In this document: positions 15,989 through 25,328 of the stretch, in pieces
Position numbering within the stretch: the first letter of the stretch is position 1
Layout: each line of letters begins with the position of its first letter
Assembly: GCA_016201355.1 (NCBI GenBank)
Contig: JACQCY010000011.1
Span: 1-44,183, forward strand
Source of the DNA: Candidatus Yonathbacteria bacterium
GTDB lineage: Bacteria; Patescibacteriota; Minisyncoccia; Phycocordibacterales; UBA1550
Length of the DNA: 44,183 nt
Direction: 5' to 3'
Program-made: the position numbers and the translations under genes
Notes under the pieces: model-generated
The model's database searches: none
Told to the model about the DNA's origin: nothing
Seen by the model: the letters and a program-made list of their open reading frames with translations, nothing else

Positions 15989-16831
15989 ATGAAAGGCATA
16001 TTGGAAACATTTAAAAAGAGTCTTTATAATCCAGAATTTTATCGCGAGATTTCCGGTAAGTCATTTAAAGACGCGTTTCGCTACTATGTAAAAATTACGG
16101 CGTTTCTTGCTGTGGCGCTGACTACTGTTTTTGCGGTAACGCTCATCCCGCAAGGGGTGCGATTTCTCAGAGAACAAGCGCCCCTCCTTATTGAGGAGCA
16201 TTATCCTCAAGGTCTTATGATCACGATCGAGAAAGGTCAAGCTCATACGAATGTCGCTGAACCATATTTTGTTTCAAAAGAGAATGGGCCATCAAAAATC
16301 TTTGAGGGAAGCGATTTCGAGAACCTTCTTGTCATTGATACCCAAAATGGCTTTAATAAAGATACTTTTGATAAGTATAAAACATTCGCGCTTCTTACCA
16401 AGACTGAATTGATAACGAAAGATACCCGCAATAAGACCACCATCCAGGATCTCCGCGGATTTCCCGATGTGGTTGTGAGTCAAGAAACCCTCATTTCTCT
16501 TGTTGAAAAAACGAGGGGAATGCTCGCATATTTTATTCCCGCGGGCATTTTGGCGGTACTCATCGCTCTTTTTACCGGTTACCTCATCTATCTCGTTCCG
16601 CTCCTCCTCTTTGCGCTCATTCCGTTCATCTTTGCGTGGATAAAAAATACCCCTTTGTCTTATGGAGATGCTTACAAGATGAGCATCTATGCGGGGGTCC
16701 CCGGGCTTGCCCTGAAAACGCTCCTCAATATGTCCGGATTCTTTTTTGTCCCCGCATATTTGTCATTCCTTGTTTTTGTTTTGATCATCATTCTCAATAT
16801 GAAAGATAGAGAACAGCGGGCGCTTTTTTAA
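15989..16831 (+). CDS. Membrane protein, DUF1189-like
   Basis: 280 aa. The N-terminus FKKSLYNPEFYREISGKSFKDAFRYYVKI, a TM, a soluble loop and 3-4 C-terminal TMs match the layout I recall for DUF1189. Confidence 0.5.
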   Translation: MKGILETFKKSLYNPEFYREISGKSFKDAFRYYVKITAFLAVALTTVFAVTLIPQGVRFLREQAPLLIEEHYPQGLMITIEKGQAHTNVAEPYFVSKENGPSKIFEGSDFENLLVIDTQNGFNKDTFDKYKTFALLTKTELITKDTRNKTTIQDLRGFPDVVVSQETLISLVEKTRGMLAYFIPAGILAVLIALFTGYLIYLVPLLLFALIPFIFAWIKNTPLSYGDAYKMSIYAGVPGLALKTLLNMSGFFFVPAYLSFLVFVLIIILNMKDREQRALF

Positions 16832-16842
16832 TACATACACCT

Positions 16843-17460
16843 ATGAGCTACTACGAACGACTTGCTTCGGACGAGACGATTAAAAAAACAGTCGCTTCCC
16901 TTAAGGAACGCAATATCAATGCCATCGTTGTTGCTACGCGCGAAGAGGCGCTCAAGAAAATAAAAGATCTCATTCCGCGCGGAGCAGGGGTGATGAACGG
17001 GTCGTCGGTAACGCTTCAAGAAATCGGTTTCGTCGATTATTTAAAGAATGGAAAACACGGGTGGAATAATATTCACGAAGAGATTCTTAATGAAAAAAAT
17101 TCTAAAAAAAAGGCAAAACTTCGCAAACAGAGCATCATCGCCCCGTATTTTTTGGGGAGTGTTCACGCTATTACGGAAGGAGGCCAAGTGGTTGTTGCCT
17201 CTGCTTCAGGGAGCCAGATGCCGAGCTATGCATTTTCTTCGGATAATGTTATTTGGGTCGCGGGCGCTCAAAAAATCGTGCCTGACCTCGACAGCGCAAT
17301 GAGACGACTCAATGAATTCGTCATTCCTCTTGAAAATAAGCGGATGCAAAGCGCGGGGTACCCGGGCACCGTCCTCGGTCGCATTCTTATTTTTGAGCGC
17401 GAGATTATGCCGAATCGGCACATAACCCTCATCCTTGTAAAAGAAAAGTTAGGGTTTTAG
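16843..17460 (+). CDS. LUD (lactate-utilisation C/YkgG-like) domain protein
   Basis: 205 aa with VASLKERNINAIVVATREEALKKIKDLIPRGAGVMNGSSVTLQEIG and ...VWVAGAQKIVPDL, as in the DUF162/LUD family. Confidence 0.75.
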   Translation: MSYYERLASDETIKKTVASLKERNINAIVVATREEALKKIKDLIPRGAGVMNGSSVTLQEIGFVDYLKNGKHGWNNIHEEILNEKNSKKKAKLRKQSIIAPYFLGSVHAITEGGQVVVASASGSQMPSYAFSSDNVIWVAGAQKIVPDLDSAMRRLNEFVIPLENKRMQSAGYPGTVLGRILIFEREIMPNRHITLILVKEKLGF

Positions 17461-17895
17461 GATTTTGTAGATAGTGATTCCAAACCCAAACAACACGGTT
17501 GAAATGATTGCGGACAAAATACAGTAGATACAAAATGCTCCGATAAGGAATTTTTGCACATAGATAAAATAAAGCGACATCAAGAAGCCAAGGGTTGTTG
17601 CAAGGAGGAGAAGGCGCGCAAAGATATATCTTTTAGTATCAAGGTAGAGAATTCCAAACGCTCCGATTGCGAGATAGAATATCATTCCATACACCGAAAG
17701 AGGAATGCCGAAAAGTGCCGAATAGGGAGATTTAGAAACTTCGTCGCACCCAGTAAAGCCGAGAACACACGGTATTGGTCCGCCTGACATTCTCTTGGCG
17801 AGAAGGAATGTTGAGTCCGCAAAGCCGACAAAGGCGAGCGCGATAACAAACACAAAACAAATCGTTATAAATTTTTTATTTGCCGTATTATCCAT
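17449..17895 (-). CDS. Vitamin K epoxide reductase (VKOR) family protein
   Basis: 148 aa, polytopic, with loop Cys pair CVLGFTGC and membrane CxxC (FCIYCILSA). It overlaps the convergent LUD gene by 12 nt. Confidence 0.85.
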   Translation of the reverse strand: MDNTANKKFITICFVFVIALAFVGFADSTFLLAKRMSGGPIPCVLGFTGCDEVSKSPYSALFGIPLSVYGMIFYLAIGAFGILYLDTKRYIFARLLLLATTLGFLMSLYFIYVQKFLIGAFCIYCILSAIISTVLFGFGITIYKILKP

Positions 17896-18547
17896 GGATG
17901 AGCGCGTATTCTATGAGAGCTTTAAGCTCCTCGTATCCGCGCGGGTTCTGCATTCTTTTGCCATTGAGATAAAATGAAGGGGTTGAATTGACCCCTGCGC
18001 TTAACCCGGTTTCTTTATCATGAGCCACGCTATCTTTCGTGGTTGATGAATTAACATCCGTGGCAAATTGAATCATATCCAGATTGAGAGATTTGGCATA
18101 TCCTTCAAAAGTTTTTCCCGCATTCGTTTCTTCCGACCAGTCTGATTGATGTTCGAAAATCATTGTATACATCTCCCAGAATTTACCCTGTTTTCCCGCA
18201 GCCTCTGCCGCATAGCTCGCATTTAAGGCATTTTTATGTTGAGGGAGAGGGAAGTGGCGATAGGTAAACGAGAGGCGATCTTTGTATTCTTCAAGTACTT
18301 TTTCTACCACGGGATAGTACGCGCCACAGGCAGGACACTGAAAATCGCCGTATTCAACGAGGGTAACTTTTGGGTTTTTTGAGCCTTTGGTCCAGTCGGT
18401 ATTGTTAACTTGTTCCATGAGAAGCCCTTGATTGTTTCGGCTCGGTGTTTCGGCGGGAGAAGTGGCAACATTCCATATTGCGAATATTGTAATTCCCACA
18501 ACCAAAATCACCGAAACCCAAACAATAATTCTTTTTTGTGTATCCAT
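17888..18547 (-). CDS. DsbA-family thiol:disulfide oxidoreductase, membrane anchored
   Basis: Thioredoxin-fold CxxC in GDFQCPACGAYYP and an N-terminal TM IIVWVSVILVVGITIFAIW. Its stop overlaps the VKOR start by 8 nt (ATGGATAA). The likely start is ATG 18547. Confidence 0.85.
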   Translation of the reverse strand: MDTQKRIIVWVSVILVVGITIFAIWNVATSPAETPSRNNQGLLMEQVNNTDWTKGSKNPKVTLVEYGDFQCPACGAYYPVVEKVLEEYKDRLSFTYRHFPLPQHKNALNASYAAEAAGKQGKFWEMYTMIFEHQSDWSEETNAGKTFEGYAKSLNLDMIQFATDVNSSTTKDSVAHDKETGLSAGVNSTPSFYLNGKRMQNPRGYEELKALIEYALIHG

Positions 18548-18592
18548 AATGCCAACATTGTAGCAGAGCAGATATGCAAAAGCAAACATTTT

Positions 18593-18690
18593 GGAAAATA
18601 GTAAGTAGAAAATAGAAGAGGAGATGGGAAATAGAATTTTTGAATTTATTCTACTTGCTACTTTCTAGCTTCTACTTTCTATCCAATATG
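18593..18690. repeat. Family-B word hairpin (copy 2) between divergent dsbA-like and pgi
   Basis: The exact 21-mer lies at 18597-18617. The right half TTCTACTTGCTACTTTCTAGCTTCTACTTTCTA is built from complementary words. Confidence 0.65.
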
Positions 18691-18705
18691 GTGTAGAATA
18701 TTCCT

Positions 18706-20034
18706 ATGAAATACATCAGCTCGAGGGGAGAGGGGGAAATGAAAATAGTAGACGATATTCGCGCGCGCGCTATAGAGTACACGGCGACAATGAGAATGGC
18801 AATGAGCGATAGCAAGTATGCCTTGCCCGAAGCATCACTTCGTCTTCCGTTTGATCGCGCGCTCTATGAAAAATCAGCCACCCTCGCAAGCAAGCTCCGG
18901 AGCGAGAGTCTTAATTATGTGATAAATATTGGTATTGGAGGATCCAGTCTTGGTGCGCAGGCTGTCTACGAAGCGCTGTTCGGTGTCCTTGATAGATATA
19001 ATCCCTTTGCGCCCAAGATGCTTTTTGCGGAGTCCTGCGATCAGAGTATTCTTTCCGATATTTCCGAAATCATTTTGAATGAAGTTGAAAAGAAAGAAGA
19101 GATCATCGTCGTCATCGGGAGTAAATCGGGGACAACGACCGAGACCATAATGAACGCGTCTATTATGGTGGGTGCTTTACATAAAAAGTTTGGCTCTATT
19201 GGGGATCGTGTCGTGTGTATCACCGAAGAAGATTCGCCACTTTGGAGTGTTGGCAAAGAGCAGGGATATTCCTTGCTCCCTATCCCAAAGATGGTGGGAG
19301 GGAGATACTCAGTTTTTTCCCCTGTGGGGGTATTCCCTCTCCTTGCGGTGGGACTCGATATGAAACTTCTTCTTAAGGGTGCCGAGGAAGAACTGCACGA
19401 TTGCATTGACCAAGGGGTCGAGAGTCGCGCTTTTTGCGCCGCTTTCGATATTTTTGAGTGGAATAAAAAGGGCATCAATATTTTTGACATCTTTTTATTT
19501 CATCCGGAATTGGAATCTTTTGGAAAGTGGTATCGGCAACTTTTTGCGGAAAGTTTGGGGAAGGATACTACAATAGAAGGGGAAACAACGACACCCTTGC
19601 TTGTCCCCACGGTATCCATCGGGTCCACGGACCTTCATTCTATGGAACAGATGCATCTCGCTCACCCCCGCGCCACCGCGCGCACCCTTGTCCGCGTAAA
19701 CGCGCCTCATTGGGATCATAACGCTGTCGTTCACGAGCGCGCGATTGCGTCTCTTGTTCCCGGAGTACTTGATCGCGAACCGCGCCAGATTATGGATGCA
19801 ATCTATGAGGGGGTACAAAAGACTTACGATACGCGCGGAGTGCGGTATGCTGAAATTGAGCTTCCCGACATTTCTCTCCAAACTCTCGGCGCGCTTCTGC
19901 AGTTTGAAATGTGTGTGGTGATGCACCTTGCCAATCTTCTCCATATTGATGCATTCAATCAGCCCAATGTTGAAGAATACAAAAATGTGGTGCGAGAGAT
20001 ATTAGGAAAAGGAGAGCTGAAAAGCAGTGAATAG
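18706..20034 (+). CDS. pgi: Glucose-6-phosphate isomerase
   Basis: 442 aa with NIGIGGSSLGAQAVYEAL and IGSKSGTTTETIMN (SIS domain signatures), plus a C-terminal catalytic region. Confidence 0.88.
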   Translation: MKYISSRGEGEMKIVDDIRARAIEYTATMRMAMSDSKYALPEASLRLPFDRALYEKSATLASKLRSESLNYVINIGIGGSSLGAQAVYEALFGVLDRYNPFAPKMLFAESCDQSILSDISEIILNEVEKKEEIIVVIGSKSGTTTETIMNASIMVGALHKKFGSIGDRVVCITEEDSPLWSVGKEQGYSLLPIPKMVGGRYSVFSPVGVFPLLAVGLDMKLLLKGAEEELHDCIDQGVESRAFCAAFDIFEWNKKGINIFDIFLFHPELESFGKWYRQLFAESLGKDTTIEGETTTPLLVPTVSIGSTDLHSMEQMHLAHPRATARTLVRVNAPHWDHNAVVHERAIASLVPGVLDREPRQIMDAIYEGVQKTYDTRGVRYAEIELPDISLQTLGALLQFEMCVVMHLANLLHIDAFNQPNVEEYKNVVREILGKGELKSSE

Positions 20035-20107
20035 ATATTGTCTCGATTTAAGATATGGTACAATGGTAATAATGCAGTAAATAATTTATCAGTAACATCA
20101 ATATCGT

Positions 20108-20491
20108 ATGAAATATTTTTTAATGATAGGCGTGTTTATTATTCCTTCTGTTGTGTTTGCGGGAGTTGCGGAGACTCTTGCTCAGTTTGATAATTATTCA
20201 GGGATGTTCGAATCCATCTCTCTCTGGTCGACGATTATCATTGCGCTCACGACGAGTATTATGGTGTGGACACTGGGGCGTAAAATGCATGGGGGAGTTT
20301 TAGGGAAAGTTCTTGTTTATTTTAGTATAGGTATGACCCTCATCTTTTTAGGGTTTGCTACCGAGGTGTCGTGGCTCCAAAATATTCCTCATATTTATCT
20401 CAAGCTTGTCCATGATTCGCTCTATATTATCGGGTATATTTTAATGGGGATAGCGGCGACCAAACTCCTTAATGTTATCAAGGGGGCGTGA
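20108..20491 (+). CDS. Hypothetical membrane protein
   Basis: 127 aa with four hydrophobic segments. No family recognised. Confidence 0.45.
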   Translation: MKYFLMIGVFIIPSVVFAGVAETLAQFDNYSGMFESISLWSTIIIALTTSIMVWTLGRKMHGGVLGKVLVYFSIGMTLIFLGFATEVSWLQNIPHIYLKLVHDSLYIIGYILMGIAATKLLNVIKGA

Positions 20492-20503
20492 AGGCAAGTC
20501 GAA

Positions 20504-20586
20504 AGTTTATAAAGTTTATAAAGTTGAAAGTGGGTACGGATGCGAATACTTTATAAACTTTATAAAACTTTATTAACTTTATAAAC
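20504..20586. repeat. Word-built hairpin (AGTTTATAA x2 facing ACTTTATAA x4)
   Basis: AGTTTATAAAGTTTATAAAGTT (20504-20525) is nearly complementary to ACTTTATAAACTTTATAAAACTT (20548-20570). The right-hand word continues in tandem to 20586. Confidence 0.65.
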
Positions 20587-20795
20587 TAAACTATTATGAA
20601 TAAATTATTATTTCTTCCGAAGGAAAGGTCGTTGAAGTAAAGGGGGATTCTTCAGAGGCGCTTAGAAAACTTATTGATGTCTATGTGGAACTTTCCGGGC
20701 AAATTGTACGGAATGCGCTCACTCCTATCTTTGCAAAATATCCTGAGGTTAAGTCCAATTAAGTATTATAGAACATCTATTTTTTACGACCACCT

Positions 20796-22565
20796 ATGTC
20801 GCTTTCCCGCGAAATCTTACTTGTTATCTTAATTTTAATTTCAGGCGCCCTCTATATAGGAATAGCCATCTTTTCTTATTGGTGGTTCCGTCGCGCGCGT
20901 CATAAGGTGGAAGAAAAAGACAGAGAGATCAAATACCATCTCTACGAGGTTGCTATCTTGAAAGAGATTGCTGATCGCACAGGGTATTCGCTCAATATTA
21001 AAAAAATTCTGGATGTTATCGCGGGGTCACTCGGCCAGTTTTTAGAATATAGCGCGGTCTCGTATATGTTGATTGAGCCGTCAAAAATTCTTTTTAAAAT
21101 TGATCTTGAGCATTCCGTCTCCGCTGAGTTTATCAATGAAATAAAAAAGAGAATGATTGCTTCTCTATCGGCGCTCACAGGGCATGATGTTTCATACAAT
21201 CAAATAGAAGAGACCATCACAGGAGCTTTGACTACGGAAGATGCTTTAGCCACCGTTCAGTCATATTTCAATATTCCTCTCGTGATTGGGACTGAGCTTG
21301 TGGGGGTGCTTACGATCGCAGACACGAAAGCAGGGCTCTATAAAGAAAAAGAGATGGAGATCCTTTACAAAATCGTAAACCAAGCTTCACAAGCGGTGAC
21401 AAAGCTCGAAGAAGTCATTAAGGCGGAACAGGGTAAAATCGTGGCAATGATTGAAAGCATGGTCGAAGGCGTTGTGATGACCGATCTTAATTATCGTATC
21501 GTAGCGGTAAACCAAGCCGCCCGAACTATTATCGGATACATAAAATCTGAGACACCCACGATATTCGATTTTATTGATATATTCAAAGATGCTTTTGACA
21601 TAAAAAGTAAACTGGAAGAATCTATTAAATTGGATAAAATAGTTAAAGTAGAGGAAGTTTTATTCAATCAAAAATATTACCAAGTGCTCGTAACTCCCGT
21701 AAAGTCAAGCGGTGGTGCTACTAAAGGAAAAGTTTTGGGAGGAGCAGTGATTTTTCATGATATTACGAATGAAAAGGAGGTAGAAAAAATGCGCAATGAT
21801 TTTACTTCAATGCTTGTTCACGAGCTTCGGTCACCATTGGGGAATATTAAAAAAATTGGAGAGCTTTTGAAATCCCCAAAGATTCTTGATGATAAAAAGA
21901 TTACGAGCGAATATGTGTCGATGCTTTATGAGAGTTCATCTGCAATGCTTGATATGGTAAACGATCTTCTCGATGTGGCAAAACTTGAATCAGGCAAATT
22001 TGTCATCGATAAACAATCTGCAAATATTCGGGAAATAATTCTTGCGCGCATAAAATTTTTTGAGATGACGGCGCAATCACTTTCGATATCGCTCAAATCT
22101 TCTATTGCGTCAGATATACCCGCGCTCATTGACCTTGATACAAATAGGATTGCTCAAGTTTTGAATAACCTCATTTCAAATGCGCTGAACCATACTCCTC
22201 ACGGCGGGACAGTCACCGCTCTTTGTTTTCTGCATAAGAAAGGGGAAGTGATTGATGGCGAAGCGACAAAACAGGGAGTGCCGTGGGTTATTAATGGTGA
22301 GGAAAATAGTTCGACAAAATATATTCCTGAAAGCGTGGTAATTGCCGTGACGGATACGGGAGAAGGTATTCCGCCTGAATCCCTCAAGAAGCTCTGGAAT
22401 AAATTCACTCAATTTGAATCAAGTGCGAGACAGAAGGACCATCAAGGGACGGGGCTGGGACTGGTTATTGTGAAAGGGATCATTGAGGCGCACGGAGGCG
22501 CCGTAGGGGTAAGGTCAATCTCAGGGAAGGGGAGCACTTTTTATTTTACCCTTCCTTGTGTATAA
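20796..22565 (+). CDS. Sensor histidine kinase (TM anchor, GAF/PAS-like sensor region, HisKA, HATPase_c)
   Basis: H-box FTSMLVHELRSPL, N-box LNNLISNALNHT, G1 DTGEGIP and G2 GTGLGL. Confidence 0.9.
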   Translation: MSLSREILLVILILISGALYIGIAIFSYWWFRRARHKVEEKDREIKYHLYEVAILKEIADRTGYSLNIKKILDVIAGSLGQFLEYSAVSYMLIEPSKILFKIDLEHSVSAEFINEIKKRMIASLSALTGHDVSYNQIEETITGALTTEDALATVQSYFNIPLVIGTELVGVLTIADTKAGLYKEKEMEILYKIVNQASQAVTKLEEVIKAEQGKIVAMIESMVEGVVMTDLNYRIVAVNQAARTIIGYIKSETPTIFDFIDIFKDAFDIKSKLEESIKLDKIVKVEEVLFNQKYYQVLVTPVKSSGGATKGKVLGGAVIFHDITNEKEVEKMRNDFTSMLVHELRSPLGNIKKIGELLKSPKILDDKKITSEYVSMLYESSSAMLDMVNDLLDVAKLESGKFVIDKQSANIREIILARIKFFEMTAQSLSISLKSSIASDIPALIDLDTNRIAQVLNNLISNALNHTPHGGTVTALCFLHKKGEVIDGEATKQGVPWVINGEENSSTKYIPESVVIAVTDTGEGIPPESLKKLWNKFTQFESSARQKDHQGTGLGLVIVKGIIEAHGGAVGVRSISGKGSTFYFTLPCV

Positions 22566-22578
22566 TGAGATAAATAAA

Positions 22579-22959
22579 ATGGAAACAAAGAAAAAAATAC
22601 TGATCATTGATGACGATAAGATCTTCTCAAAGATCCTTCGCGACTGGCTAACAAAAGGAGATAGGAAATATGAGGTTACTACTGTCTTTGACGGAGAGGA
22701 AGGGTTTAGCGCCGCTTCTCGCGAAAGACCGGATCTTATCCTGTGCGATCTGATGATGCCAAAGTTCGGAGGTATCGAATTCCTCAAAAAACTCAGAAAT
22801 GAAGCGTGGGGCAAGGATATTCCCGTAATCATTCAAACACAGTTTTCCGATCTTGAGAAAATGAGTGAAGGCGCAGAGCTTGGCGTGCGCGGATATATTG
22901 TCAAGTCGGATTATTTAATGGAAGATATTTTGAAGCAGGTGGAGGAGGTGCTTAAGTAA
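22579..22959 (+). CDS. Single-domain response regulator (CheY-like receiver)
   Basis: KILIIDDD, the phospho-acceptor context DLILCDLMMPKFGG, and VIIQT. No output domain. It starts 14 nt after the kinase stop. Confidence 0.88.
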   Translation: METKKKILIIDDDKIFSKILRDWLTKGDRKYEVTTVFDGEEGFSAASRERPDLILCDLMMPKFGGIEFLKKLRNEAWGKDIPVIIQTQFSDLEKMSEGAELGVRGYIVKSDYLMEDILKQVEEVLK

Positions 22960-22961
22960 CT

Positions 22962-23759
22962 ATGGAAACACACAAAATACAACTTTATAGAGCGCTCACG
23001 GTACTTGTTTTGATCGGCGCTGTTTTTGCAGGGACGAGAATAATCACTGAGATAAAAGGGTATCGTTTTATCGGAGGTGGAGTATCTGCTACGAATACAA
23101 TCTCGGTCTCGGGGGAAGGGGAGGTTTTGGCGGTGCCGGATATAGCAACAATCTCTTTTGGTGTTCGCGAAGAGGCAAAGAAAGTTTCTGACGCGCAAAA
23201 CAAAGTAAGCGCTAAAATGAAAACAACGCTCACCGCGGTGCGAAAACTCGGTGTACCCGACAAAGATATCAAAACACAAAATTATAATTCATATCCGAAA
23301 TATGAATGGCAAGATGGCGCCGTTTCGTGTTTAAGTTTGAATTGTCCTCCACCGCGTCCTAATAAACAGGTGCTTACTGGCTACGAAGTATCTCAATCAG
23401 TGACCATTACGGTCCGCAATCTCGACCTCGTAAACGGACTTGTTGATACTCTCGGCACGGCGGGGGTGACGGATATGAATGGACCTAATTTTGCTATCGA
23501 CAAACAGGATGAGTTGAAAACTGAGGCGCGCAAACAAGCTATTGATAAAGCGCGCGCCAAAGCATATGTCCTCGCGCGCGACCTCGGTGTATCGCTCGTC
23601 CGCGTCGTATCGTTTTCCGAGGGACAAAATTATCCTATCTATGCGCGCACGATGATGGCGGAAGGGGTGGGAGTTTCCAAGGACGCAAGCACCCCCGAGC
23701 TTCCCCAAGGGGAAGAAAAGATAACTTCACAGGTGACGGTTACCTATGAGATACGGTAG
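22962..23759 (+). CDS. SIMPL/DUF541 (BP26-like) domain protein
   Basis: N-terminal anchor, ISVSGEGEVLAVPDIATISFGV and C-terminal ITSQVTVTYEI. Confidence 0.78.
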   Translation: METHKIQLYRALTVLVLIGAVFAGTRIITEIKGYRFIGGGVSATNTISVSGEGEVLAVPDIATISFGVREEAKKVSDAQNKVSAKMKTTLTAVRKLGVPDKDIKTQNYNSYPKYEWQDGAVSCLSLNCPPPRPNKQVLTGYEVSQSVTITVRNLDLVNGLVDTLGTAGVTDMNGPNFAIDKQDELKTEARKQAIDKARAKAYVLARDLGVSLVRVVSFSEGQNYPIYARTMMAEGVGVSKDASTPELPQGEEKITSQVTVTYEIR

Positions 23760-23763
23760 GGGA

Positions 23764-23850
23764 TAAAATAGTAAATAGAAGAATACATTGAAAGACCCGC
23801 ATTTGGCGAGGTTTTCAGTGGGGCTACTACTTACTACTTGCTACTTTCTA
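23764..23850. repeat. Family-B-like word hairpin after the SIMPL gene
   Basis: AAATAGTAAATAGAAGAA on the left faces CTACTACTTACTACTTGCTACTTTCTA on the right. Confidence 0.45.
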
Positions 23851-23869
23851 ACTCCTGTATTTTTGCGAT

Positions 23870-23898
23870 TTGACTTTTCTCCCCCCAAAGAGTATTGT
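23870..23898 (+). promoter_or_regulatory. Putative promoter of secE-nusG (TTGACT-17 nt-TATTGT)
   Basis: TTGACT 23870-23875, a 17-nt spacer, then TATTGT 23893-23898. Confidence 0.35.
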
Positions 23899-23944
23899 AT
23901 AAATAAGCCCCCATGGGCGGTTTTTTAAATATAAACAAAAGATT

Positions 23945-24124
23945 ATGCAAATTATTCAATATTTACGAGACACACGAGCTGAGTTCACCCATATATCATG
24001 GCCGACGCGTCACCAGGCGATAATCTTCACCGCGCTTGTCATCGCGCTTTCTGTGTTAACATCGGTTTATCTTGGTGTCGCTGACACTATATTTTCTTCT
24101 GTTCTCAAGAGTTTTGTTTCGTAA
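23945..24124 (+). CDS. secE: Preprotein translocase subunit SecE (59 aa; below the ORF-track cutoff)
   Basis: MQIIQYLRDTRAEFTHISWPTRHQAIIFTALVIALSVLTSVYLGVADTIFSSVLKSFVS. It has the typical E..KV.WP-like motif followed by a single TM, and sits in the canonical position before nusG. Confidence 0.8.
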   Translation: MQIIQYLRDTRAEFTHISWPTRHQAIIFTALVIALSVLTSVYLGVADTIFSSVLKSFVS

Positions 24125-24153
24125 TTAATATAGTGAATATCAGAATATCAAAA

Positions 24154-24194
24154 TAGTTAAATAATAAAATAGTATAATATTCATTATTTAACTA
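24154..24194. repeat. Hairpin between secE and nusG
   Basis: TAGTTAAATAAT (24154-24165) is a perfect complement of ATTATTTAACTA (24183-24194). Confidence 0.55.
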
Positions 24195-24209
24195 CTAACT
24201 ATCAAAAAA

Positions 24210-24755
24210 ATGGCAAAACAAGAAACAACAGGCGAGCGAAATTGGTACGCCATTCACACTTATGTGGGATATGAAAATGCCGTTCTTCGCAATTTAAAAC
24301 AACGCATTGAGTCGCTCGGTATGGAGGATAAGATTTTCAATGTTCTTATTCCCACTGAGAAAAAAATAAAAGTTACTGCTAATAAGCGGGTTGAAGTTGA
24401 GGAAAAAATTTATCCGGGATATATTTTGGTAGAGATGATCGTTACCGATGATTCATGGTATGTGGTGAGAAATACTCCCCGCGTAACAGGATTTGTGGGA
24501 GCGGGAGTTACCCCCGTGCCTCTTGATAAAAAAGAAGTAGAAGTGCTCTTTAAGAGAATGGAAGCGGGAACACCGAAACATAACATTGATCTTTCTGTCG
24601 GAGATCATGTGACCATTGTTGACGGGCCCTTTAACGGGCTTGAGGGTAAGGTATCTGAAGTTGATAATGAGAAAGGGAAGGCAAAAGTCCTTGTATCAAT
24701 GTTTGGTCGCGAGACGCCGGTAGAGCTCGATTTTTTGCAAATTAAGAAGATATAG
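24210..24755 (+). CDS. nusG: Transcription termination/antitermination factor NusG
   Basis: NGN domain [14 protein letters not shown] and KOW domain [18 protein letters not shown]. Confidence 0.93.
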   Translation: MAKQETTGERNWYAIHTYVGYENAVLRNLKQRIESLGMEDKIFNVLIPTEKKIKVTANKRVEVEEKIYPGYILVEMIVTDDSWYVVRNTPRVTGFVGAGVTPVPLDKKEVEVLFKRMEAGTPKHNIDLSVGDHVTIVDGPFNGLEGKVSEVDNEKGKAKVLVSMFGRETPVELDFLQIKKI

Positions 24756-24832
24756 GTATTAATTTTAAATTACAAATTTTAAATTTCAAATGAAGTCTAA
24801 ATGACTAAATATTTAAAACTTAAAATTAGTTA
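24756..24832. repeat. Family-A element (copy 2)
   Basis: The exact 22-mer TTTTAAATTACAAATTTTAAAT lies at 24763-24784, followed by AAATGAAGTCTAAATGACTAAAT as in copy 4. Confidence 0.75.
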
Positions 24833-24861
24833 CTCGCAGAATACTTATTTTTAATGAGAAC

Positions 24862-24890
24862 TTGAAAAAAATGGTAAATTAAGATAGACT
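24862..24890 (+). promoter_or_regulatory. Putative promoter of rplK (TTGAAA-17 nt-TAGACT)
   Basis: TTGAAA 24862-24867, a 17-nt spacer, then TAGACT 24885-24890. Confidence 0.35.
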
Positions 24891-24907
24891 CACTAGCATC
24901 AACTATT

Positions 24908-25327
24908 ATGGCAAAGAAAATAACAAAAAAGGTAAAAGTGCAGATTCCTGCGGGGAAAGCGACGCCGGCGCCTCCCTTGGGCCCCGCTCTCGGGCAGGCA
25001 GGGGTAAACATTGGTGAATTTGTAACAAAATTCAACGCTGCAACAGCAAAACAAATGGGAGATATTTTGCCCGTGGTCATTACCGTGTACGAAGATCGCT
25101 CATTTGATTTTATCGTAAAGACTCCTCCCGCTTCAAATCTGCTCTTTAAAGCGGCAGGTATAGAGAAAGGCGCGAGCAAAAAAGAAACTTTTGCAGGCTC
25201 GGTAAGCAAAGCGCAACTTCGTGAAATAGCCGAGCGCAAAATGCCAGACCTGAGCGCAAATGATGTGGAGGCGGCAATGAAGATTATTGCAGGGTCAGCA
25301 CGCTCTGCCGGGGTTGAGGTGAAATAA
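24908..25327 (+). CDS. rplK: 50S ribosomal protein L11
   Basis: [30 protein letters not shown]. 139 aa. Confidence 0.95.
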   Translation: MAKKITKKVKVQIPAGKATPAPPLGPALGQAGVNIGEFVTKFNAATAKQMGDILPVVITVYEDRSFDFIVKTPPASNLLFKAAGIEKGASKKETFAGSVSKAQLREIAERKMPDLSANDVEAAMKIIAGSARSAGVEVK

Positions 25328-25328
25328 G

